From Candidatus Poribacteria bacterium (GTDB taxonomy: Bacteria; Poribacteria; WGA-4E; PCPOR2b), in the NCBI GenBank assembly GCA_965215015.1, contig OZ244042.1:2304001-2368000 (forward strand): a stretch of 64,000 bases of DNA, in the 5' to 3' direction. How positions within the stretch are numbered: the stretch's first letter is position 1; each line of letters opens with the position of its first letter. The notes beneath the pieces are model-generated. The model did no database searches. It had not been told where the DNA came from and was given only the letters and a program-made list of their open reading frames with translations. The position numbers and the translations under genes were made by a program. Below are positions 56,970 to 64,000 of this stretch, in pieces.

Positions 56970-58113
56970 CAATCTAAAGTCCCGTCTTTTAAGGCAGAGA
57001 TACATATTGGCAAAGCGTGTTGATGGCAGCCTGTTAGGTGATACCTAACAGGCGTAGAAAACGTTGAATTTGCAGGTGAAATGGGGTACAATTGGCTTGT
57101 CTTTCGCGAGGGAATGCTACACCGTCGCTTGGCAGTATCCCTCACATTCTACAGCATAGAGAAAGACATTCCCATGAAACCTATAAATTCAAATGCTATC
57201 ACAATCATGGCAATCGAGAACTACATAAGCAAATAGGAACCTATGTGCATATCTACAATCACTGTATTGCGCTTCATAGACGCGCTCCTGCCAAAAAACA
57301 GATGATGCGTCCTTTCACGAAACTCAAACAGTTGTCCCAATATGCTCACGGTATGAACTTGGTGGCCCCACGGCGATTCAAGACGTAATAGCGCGAATAG
57401 ACAAAGGCTAGCAGTAATTCTTCCGCAACCTGAGTATAGCCACGACGGGTAAAAGCGGGGGCTTCGACTTCGGGTTAACAACCTATCTCCCTGTCTTAGG
57501 TGCTAACGATGTAGAGTCGCCACAGTTCCTCAAACGGAGTTGCAAAGTTGTCAAGCAAACGTCAAAACGGCATTCATGCCCAAAGAAACGAAGTGGCAAT
57601 TGTGAACAGACAAGACGCAAGCTGGCACGGCAGCATCGGAAAATAGCGAATTGATGTGAAGATTTCACTGGAAACTTGCTCATCAATTCACTGATGCGTA
57701 TAACCATTTATCCTTTGAAACGCTAAACCTAAGTGGCATGAAAAGCCTTTGGGGACGTAAGGTCAGCGATCTGGGTTTCGGTGATTTGATGAATAAGTGG
57801 TGATACATCGTTGACAAAAAAGGTAAAAGATTGCGTGCATTGCCCCGTGGTCTCCGCCCTCACGAGCTTGTAGCGAATGTGGCTTTATGAATGGAAATCT
57901 TGAGCTTCGTGATAGAACGTGGCAATGTCCGGTCTGCGACACAGAGTTGGCTATTGACCGCAATTCGTCGGTCAATAGCCATAGGGTTAGTCCCTCAACC
58001 CTTGAAAGGAGAGGACATAAGAGGGGGTTCGCTGTCCAGCCCTTGTCGATAGCACAGTTCGCGTCCCGAAGGAAGGGGACAATCCCCGTCCTTCAGGGTG
58101 GGGAGTCTGTCAA
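56970..58113 (+). mobile_element. tnpB: Decayed IS200/IS605-family (IS1341-like) element with a tnpB pseudogene
   Basis: Fragments TYKFKCY, DFHWKLAH...FETLNLSGMKSLWGRKVSDLGF, CSECG...CPVC...DRNSSVN with many stops and frameshifts. Right-end hairpin ATCCCCGTCCTTCAGGGTGGGGAG...GTCAA. Left boundary is approximate. Confidence 0.8.
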
Positions 58114-58643
58114 TCTCTACACATTACAAGGCCTGTAAGTGATGCTGTCTTTCTTCCCAATCGGGGAACATGAAATTCTTGAACATTTTTCCTGGCTTAT
58201 GCTTGCTGCCTGTATGATAAAGCATTATAGGCAATTAGATGAAAATTGTCAAGAAATCTGATAATAGCAAATAGGGAAATTGCATCCGTTATAGAGATTA
58301 GGTAGTTGAGGGGTGCTCATAGTAATTGTCTGAATCACGGATTAAACGGATGACACGGATACAGATAGGGGCTCAGGCGAGAGATGGACAAGATGCCCTA
58401 CCGACGTGGTTGAAGGTGCTTTGTTTTTCCCAATTATGGTTGGAAGTTTAATGACAGTTAGGTGTTAGCCAAGCCATATCCCGTAACGATTGTGTGGTTT
58501 ACGGCACGCGGGGCGTGCCTACTACTTTACAGATTTCAGCGAGGGCAGGATCTGTAGCTACGATTAGATTTCCATTATCGTATACCAAAGTCATATACAC
58601 TATGGACATGCGATTGTCCTGCCGCGTAGCAAGATCTCTTGAC

Positions 58644-59634
58644 AGCGTCTAGGCAAACCCAAGCATTTATGCTTGGGTCCAATGGGTTAATTTTTGTTGA
58701 TTTTTTCCGGTAAATATGATAGAATCGGCCTGTCTTTCAGTGGGAGAATGCAGCACTAAGTGGTGCCTCCCACACCTACACACCCACTGCATAGGACACG
58801 ACAGATAGAAAGACAATCCCATGTTAAAAACTCGCAAAATCGCCTTGGCAGATTTGGAGGAGGGGTTAGCCACAGGTGAATGGCATTCTCCTATAGACCT
58901 CTGTCGCTGTTTCAATGCTATCAAGTATGAATACCACTGGGGTGTGGCGATATGGCATAGAATGCCTCAAAGCATGCGATTTACACCCATCTAAAAGATG
59001 CGATAGGCAGATGGCAGTCCGATCAAAACCGATTCCTTAAATTTAAGAAGGGGTCACACCGGTCAAAGCTACCAAGTAGATAGTGGTCAAGGGACAATCT
59101 CTGTTGTAGGTTGGCGGATTAAATTCCCAAAATCGGTTGGATCCGCTTATGTCAATCCCTACGCCTCGCTTAGCAGGCGCAGAAGGTTGAGTCCTCCCCG
59201 CTTGCGGAGGATAGAGGGGGTAGAGGGGGGCGTTCCGAATCACATCACCTATATCCGACAAGACGCACACCCTAAACGACCACAACGATTGTAAATAGTG
59301 CCGAGCGGATAGGTATCAAGATGATTCAAGCGGATACCTTACTACTCTTCGACTCAGATCTGTTCTGCATGTCGCACAATAAACAGTGCCTCTCACCATC
59401 AGATAGAACATACCATTGCAGTGAATACGGTTACACACAAGATGGAGACCTAACGCTGCAATAAACCTCAGAACCCTTGCCGTGGGATACACGGGGCGGC
59501 TAAACGCTTGTGAAGATTCCATAAGACCTCAGCTGTCGAGGCACGAATCGCCGAGCTAAGAAGATAGCACAGGGTAACTGCTACTGTTCAGCCTATCATA
59601 AGAATCCCAATGTTTTAACATTGGGAGCAGTCAA
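58644..59634 (+). mobile_element. tnpB: Second decayed IS200/IS605-family element with an internally deleted tnpB
   Basis: TTGAC precedes the left-end hairpin ACCCAAGCAT-TT-ATGCTTGGGT. ATG at 58821 (MLKTRKIAL...FNAIK...RFLKFKK...IKFPK/IGWIRL), then STQICSAC...RTYHC...NAAINL. Right-end hairpin TCCCAATGTT-TT-AACATTGGGA followed by GCAGTCAA. Confidence 0.8.
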
Positions 59635-59663
59635 CCTTAAAGGTTTGGACTGGGCCGAAAGGA

Positions 59664-60851
59664 ATGAAAATGAATACCAATCAATCACCGGCGGCGGAAC
59701 CTTACCGCGCCCCTGCTTTTGCTGATGCGAAGCCTGAACTTTCCGCTCCCGGAGCCACGCTAGAGCGGTTGGAACACCTGAGGGAGCACGGTTTTGTCAT
59801 CATCAACGATTTTGTCGATAACCCCTGGATCCCGATCCTGCGTGAAGCAGGCCGCCGCGTCACCGAAGCGTGTGCGCCCGAGCACGTCTACAGCAAAATC
59901 GACTGCTCGAAAGGCTACGTGCACCGCACAGGACAGGATCAGCCGTGGGCGATTCGCGGGCTGATCCATCCGGCTTTCAATGAACCCAGTTTTGCTGAAT
60001 TCCACGGCTCTTCAGATTTTCTAGATTTTGTCTCCTCTTGGTGTAATGGGTTACAGCCAGAGGATATGGTGCTCGGTGGACTGCTGCTGTGGTGCAATCC
60101 CCGGACGCACGAGAATCAACTCGGTTGGCATCGAGACGTAACGTGGTGGGGCACCGGGGAGAAATACTTTGCACAGCGCGAGGTCCGAGGGGAGGGACCT
60201 GAGGCGTATTCTGAGGAGACCGAAAGAATCCGCTGGAAAGAAATCGTCGCGAATAACGCGAAGTCTATCACAGAACGAAATGGCGTGAGCATGTTCTTGG
60301 CACTGGCGGACGACGAATGCCACGAGTTAGTAGTGGGTAGCCACAATCGATGGCGTACACCGTTGGAGCATGACGTACTTCTGCCGAGAGGGATGAAAGA
60401 TCAGGGTGTACCGCACACGCCGAGTTGGAACGGCGAAGACCCGTTGCCTGGGCAGGTTGCAATCCGGCTCAAAGCGGGGGAAGCCCTTATCCGTAATGGC
60501 ACAACAATCCACACCGGACACACTATCCCTCAGCGTGAGCGGAATACCTTGTCAATCGGTTGGTCGAAGTGGTCAGGCGAGTTCACCGGGGAGCCATCGG
60601 TGGCGGACGTGCGCCACGCGTGGCAACTCGATCCCGCCGTGCGCGAAGCGTTGCCGCACAAATGGATGAAAATCGCTTGGGACCGTTGGGCGGAAACACA
60701 GAAGCTGGGAGATACGCTTGAGGACCGGTACACCGGGTTTGAAATCAAGCGCATCAAGGCTGGAAAGGTCATCGGTTGGCGTAGTGAATTGGAGCACCAA
60801 GCGGCGGCAGCCGGCGAGGCATGGGAACGCTTCCAGACCGCAGCGAGCTAG
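59664..60851 (+). CDS. PhyH-family dioxygenase-like protein
   Basis: LREHGFVII, GWHRD, VVGSH, LKAGEA...TIHTG. Confidence 0.75.
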   Translation: MKMNTNQSPAAEPYRAPAFADAKPELSAPGATLERLEHLREHGFVIINDFVDNPWIPILREAGRRVTEACAPEHVYSKIDCSKGYVHRTGQDQPWAIRGLIHPAFNEPSFAEFHGSSDFLDFVSSWCNGLQPEDMVLGGLLLWCNPRTHENQLGWHRDVTWWGTGEKYFAQREVRGEGPEAYSEETERIRWKEIVANNAKSITERNGVSMFLALADDECHELVVGSHNRWRTPLEHDVLLPRGMKDQGVPHTPSWNGEDPLPGQVAIRLKAGEALIRNGTTIHTGHTIPQRERNTLSIGWSKWSGEFTGEPSVADVRHAWQLDPAVREALPHKWMKIAWDRWAETQKLGDTLEDRYTGFEIKRIKAGKVIGWRSELEHQAAAAGEAWERFQTAAS

Positions 60852-60859
60852 GTTCTATT

Positions 60860-61006
60860 GAGATTTTTGGGTGTCGGAGACACCACTTAGGAGTGGTGCT
60901 GTATTCTTCCTCTGAAAGACAGGCTTATTCTATCATATTTACATATTTATCGGGAAAAATCAACCCATTGGACCCGAGCATAAATGCTTAGGCTTACCTA
61001 GATGTT
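60860..61006 (-). mobile_element. Solo IS200/IS605 left end (truncated copy of the 58644 end, inverted)
   Basis: Reverse complement reads TTGAC|AACATCTAGGTAAGCCTAAGCATTTATGCTCGGGTCCAATGGGTT...GATAGAATAAGCCTGTCTTTCAG, matching 58639-58780. Confidence 0.75.
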
Positions 61007-61007
61007 G

Positions 61008-62750
61008 TCAAAGGGCTTCAAGCTCTTCTTGCAACAACTGTTTTTCATGGATACCGGCATAGATGCCATCACGGGCCAGTAACTCCTCATGCGTACCGCG
61101 TTCGACAATCTCCCCTTCGTCCAAGACGATAATTAAATCTGCCGCCTTGACTGTCGAAATGCGGTGCGATATGAGGAGTGTCGTGCGATCTTCCATAACC
61201 TCATCCAACCTTGTAAGGATGGTATCCTCTGTATTCGTGTCTACGCTTGCGAAAGCGTCGTCCAAGATCAAAATCTTCGGCTTAACCATAATTGCGCGGG
61301 CGAGCGCGGTCCGTTGTTTCTGGCCTCCTGAGATGGTTTGCCCGCGTTCCCCTAAGAACGTCTCTAGTCCATCGGGAAATTCCTCAATCTGCTCAAGGAG
61401 ATCTGCAGTGTGTGCGACATCCTTGACCTCGACTTCATTCGTATCGCCAACACCGTAGGTGATGTTGTTCCGCAGGAGGTCGGAAAAGAGGAAGGGTTCC
61501 TGCTCAACGACACCGATACTTGATCTCAAGAGTTGGAGCGGGATATCTTGAATATCGACACCGTCGATGAAGACCATGCCCCGCTCCGCTTGACGGATGC
61601 GAGGGATAAAGTTGATTAAGGTGGTCTTACCGCTGCCGGTCGCACCGACAATTGCAACCGTGGACCCGCGCGGAATCTCGAGGTTGATATTTTTGAGTAC
61701 CGGCTCCCCGCGCGGATAAGCGAAGTTGAGATGTCTAAATTCGATTTCGCCATGAATCGTTTTGATGTCTTGGCGTACCGTTTCTCCATCGGCGATTTCG
61801 GGCTGTACATCGAGAATTCTGCGGATTCTTTCCATTGAAGCAGCACCACGTTCAAAGGTATTCACAATAAAACCAAATGTAATCATCGGACGGATGAACA
61901 TCATCAGATAGGCGTTGAAAGATATGAAGTCGCCCAACGTGATTTGTCCCTCGACTACGCGGACGCCGCCGAGCCAGAGGAGAACAGCAACGCCAAGCCC
62001 GGGCAAGAATCGGAACAACGGAAAGAAAAAAGTTACCAATCGAATCTGGGCACGATTGCGTTCCACGAAGTCCCGGTTATATACTTCAAACTCCTCTACC
62101 TCGCTTTTCTCAAGCGTATACGCTTTGACAACGCGCACACCGGACAGGTTCTCCTGTACTTTGGTGTTCATTGTAGAAAAGCCTTCTTGGATCCGCTCAT
62201 AATGTTTGTGAACTCGCCTCCCCAATTCCTTAATCATGACAGCGAGGATTGGATACGGTAAAAGTGCCAACAACGTCAATTGTACGTCGATCTGCAGCAT
62301 AATTATCAGTGCCAGCAGAAAAAAAATAAGAGCGTCTGATGTATATGACACCGCGCTGCTGAGTACCATCCGGACGGCGTTCATGTCACTGGTCGCTCGC
62401 GCCATCAAATCTCCCGTGCGGGCATCCTGATAGTAGGACGCAGACAGTTTTTGAAGATGCGTGAAGAAATCGTTCCGAAGATGGTATTCCATCCGCCTCG
62501 CCGCACTTTGGATAACCTGACGCTGACCGAATCGAAGCATACCTCCAACCAGAGCAGCTCCCAAAATGAGTAGTGCGTAGAATAAGACCTTGAGAGGGGT
62601 AATGGCTCGAGCTAGGTCGTCAACAACCCACTTCAAAAACTTTGGCTGCACCACAATCACCGCATTTGTCGTGAGCACAAAGAAAAAGCTCACGATAACA
62701 GCGGATCGATAGCGAATAACATACGGTTTGAGATGTAATAAGCTGCGGAT
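61008..62750 (-). CDS. Heterodimeric ABC exporter subunit (MdlA/YheI-like); probable ATC start
   Basis: GATGSGKT, ISGGQKQR, degenerate Walker B LILDDAFASVD. The frame extends upstream of the listed GTG to ATC at 62750 (IRSLLHLKPY), 9 nt after AGGAG. Confidence 0.88.
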   Translation of the reverse strand: MRSLLHLKPYVIRYRSAVIVSFFFVLTTNAVIVVQPKFLKWVVDDLARAITPLKVLFYALLILGAALVGGMLRFGQRQVIQSAARRMEYHLRNDFFTHLQKLSASYYQDARTGDLMARATSDMNAVRMVLSSAVSYTSDALIFFLLALIIMLQIDVQLTLLALLPYPILAVMIKELGRRVHKHYERIQEGFSTMNTKVQENLSGVRVVKAYTLEKSEVEEFEVYNRDFVERNRAQIRLVTFFFPLFRFLPGLGVAVLLWLGGVRVVEGQITLGDFISFNAYLMMFIRPMITFGFIVNTFERGAASMERIRRILDVQPEIADGETVRQDIKTIHGEIEFRHLNFAYPRGEPVLKNINLEIPRGSTVAIVGATGSGKTTLINFIPRIRQAERGMVFIDGVDIQDIPLQLLRSSIGVVEQEPFLFSDLLRNNITYGVGDTNEVEVKDVAHTADLLEQIEEFPDGLETFLGERGQTISGGQKQRTALARAIMVKPKILILDDAFASVDTNTEDTILTRLDEVMEDRTTLLISHRISTVKAADLIIVLDEGEIVERGTHEELLARDGIYAGIHEKQLLQEELEAL

Positions 62751-62785
62751 ATAGCATCACTCCTTTCTTTAACACTTTTATGGAT

Positions 62786-63091
62786 AGGGCTTACGCAGTT
62801 GAACCCTCGAAGCCGACACCAGAAAAGGTCGCGCAATGTTCCTGGTGGGATGAGCTATGACTTTTGCGCTAGAGTCATAGTATCCTCGGCGATTCATCGC
62901 CGGTGAACCTGCCTCTCAATCTCCCATGAATCGGGCGACGACCGTTAATCCCAAAGTAGTCGGCACGCTCCGCGTACCCTCCCTCCGCTTGCGGAGGGTT
63001 AGGGGGCTTAGGGTTCTTAGCGGGGGAAGAAGGGTACTACCTTAAAGACGTACAATGAGCGCGTTACTACACACTGAAGTGCATAACTCCT
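62786..63091. mobile_element. Composite MITE-like element with nested REP-like and GC-hairpin repeats
   Basis: AGGGCTTACGCA ... TGCATAACTCCT ends; interior GGCGATTCATCGCC, GTAGTCGGCACGCTCCGCGT and CCCTCCGCTTGCGGAGGG. Confidence 0.55.
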
Positions 63092-63128
63092 AATGGATTC
63101 AACTTCTGAGTATTTCATCTGATTCTAC

Positions 63129-64000
63129 TTATCCGCTGATTGTTTCAATTTCAATTCCGGGGGCACTCAATACCTGTGGCTTGAGATCGACGCCAAGCCC
63201 AGGACCCTCCGGCGCGGTCAGATGGCCTTCCTTGACCGGGATCAGCCCTGTTACGAGGTTATCGTATTGGACGAGATAGTGACGACGGACGCTTTCAAGT
63301 ATGAATAGGTTCGTGAGGTGGGTTGTCAGGTGAATTGAAGCAGTATGCAGGACGGGCCCCCCGCAGTTGTGTGGTGCGATGGGCAGGTAATAGGTATCAG
63401 CGAGCACCGCAATTTTTCGAGCCTCTGTTATGCCGCCACACCAACAGATGTCGGGCATAATAAACTGTGGGATTCCAAGTTCTATCAGCTCTCGGAATTG
63501 GTAGCGCGTCATCAGACGTTCGCTGATACAGAGCGGTTGGGAAACGTGGTCGGCAAGCATAGCATAGGACTTCATGTTATCTTGCGGCATCATCTCCTCT
63601 AACCACATCACGTTATACGGTTCAAGTGCGTGGGCAATCTTGATCGCCGAGGGAACATTCCATAAGCCGTGAAACTCTAGGACAATCTCAATGTCATCGC
63701 CGACAGCGTCGCGAATCTGTTGGATAGGTCGTAACCCAATTGCCATATCTGTATTTGTGATAAATTGTCCGCGATTTTTGTGACCTACGCCATCAAAGGG
63801 CCACACCTTCATGGCTCCGATGCCACTTTCTAGGAGTTCCTTTGCCAGTTTCGCCGCTTCGCTGTTTTCGACGTTGTTGAAATCGTAGCGATGGTCATAG
63901 CAGGTATTGTATGTGCCGACCCTATCGCGAGATTTTCCACCGAGTAGTTGATAGATTGGCTGCCCGGTGGCTTTCCCGTAGATGTCCCACAGTGCGATAT
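63129..64000 (-). CDS. Mandelate racemase/muconate lactonizing enzyme family dehydratase; 5' end lies outside the window
   Basis: Frame stays open to the window edge (IALWDIYGK...LLGGKSRD); KVWPF, EFH, WLEE, SERL, PDICW, PHNC. Confidence 0.88.
   Translation of the reverse strand, partial: IALWDIYGKATGQPIYQLLGGKSRDRVGTYNTCYDHRYDFNNVENSEAAKLAKELLESGIGAMKVWPFDGVGHKNRGQFITNTDMAIGLRPIQQIRDAVGDDIEIVLEFHGLWNVPSAIKIAHALEPYNVMWLEEMMPQDNMKSYAMLADHVSQPLCISERLMTRYQFRELIELGIPQFIMPDICWCGGITEARKIAVLADTYYLPIAPHNCGGPVLHTASIHLTTHLTNLFILESVRRHYLVQYDNLVTGLIPVKEGHLTAPEGPGLGVDLKPQVLSAPGIEIETISG

Noticed and set aside
56970-59634. Active TnpB/Cas12-like RNA-guided system
   Set aside because: Both tnpB copies have multiple stops, frameshifts and deletions, and there is no tnpA or array.
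395-63602. Numerous short antisense or overlapping ORFs in the six-frame track
   Set aside because: They shadow well-supported genes and lack recognisable motifs or RBSs.

Overview
Bacterial window that most resembles Candidatus Poribacteria or a relative. This is an inference from the several PhyH-type dioxygenases, secreted proteins ending in a shared 'SVxPxxKLAxxWGxIK' tail, a DUF6785-type membrane protein and very dense intergenic repeats. From left to right it holds: a large Ig-repeat protein with a FlgD-Ig/T9SS-CTD-like C-terminus beside a PorV-like barrel and a LysM protein; a degenerate AccA paralog; five tandem secreted Kelch propellers; catabolic genes (Gfo/Idh/MocA, two enolase-superfamily enzymes, FAH, AKR, amidohydrolase, PhyH); a dead brnTA pair; an Smr-less mutS2; hisC; a putative sigma54-driven three-gene export-like operon; the canonical CIRCE-hrcA-grpE-dnaK-dnaJ-prmA locus; and a heterodimeric ABC exporter pair split by two decayed IS200/IS605 tnpB elements. 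The two leading candidates for new biology are (i) a conserved C-terminal tail on six secreted proteins of two unrelated folds, a possible protein-sorting signal lying near T9SS-like genes, and (ii) a covarying structured 5' leader shared by two divergent tnpB elements. I saw no rRNA, tRNA or CRISPR array. All family calls come from motif recognition by eye, not from database searches.
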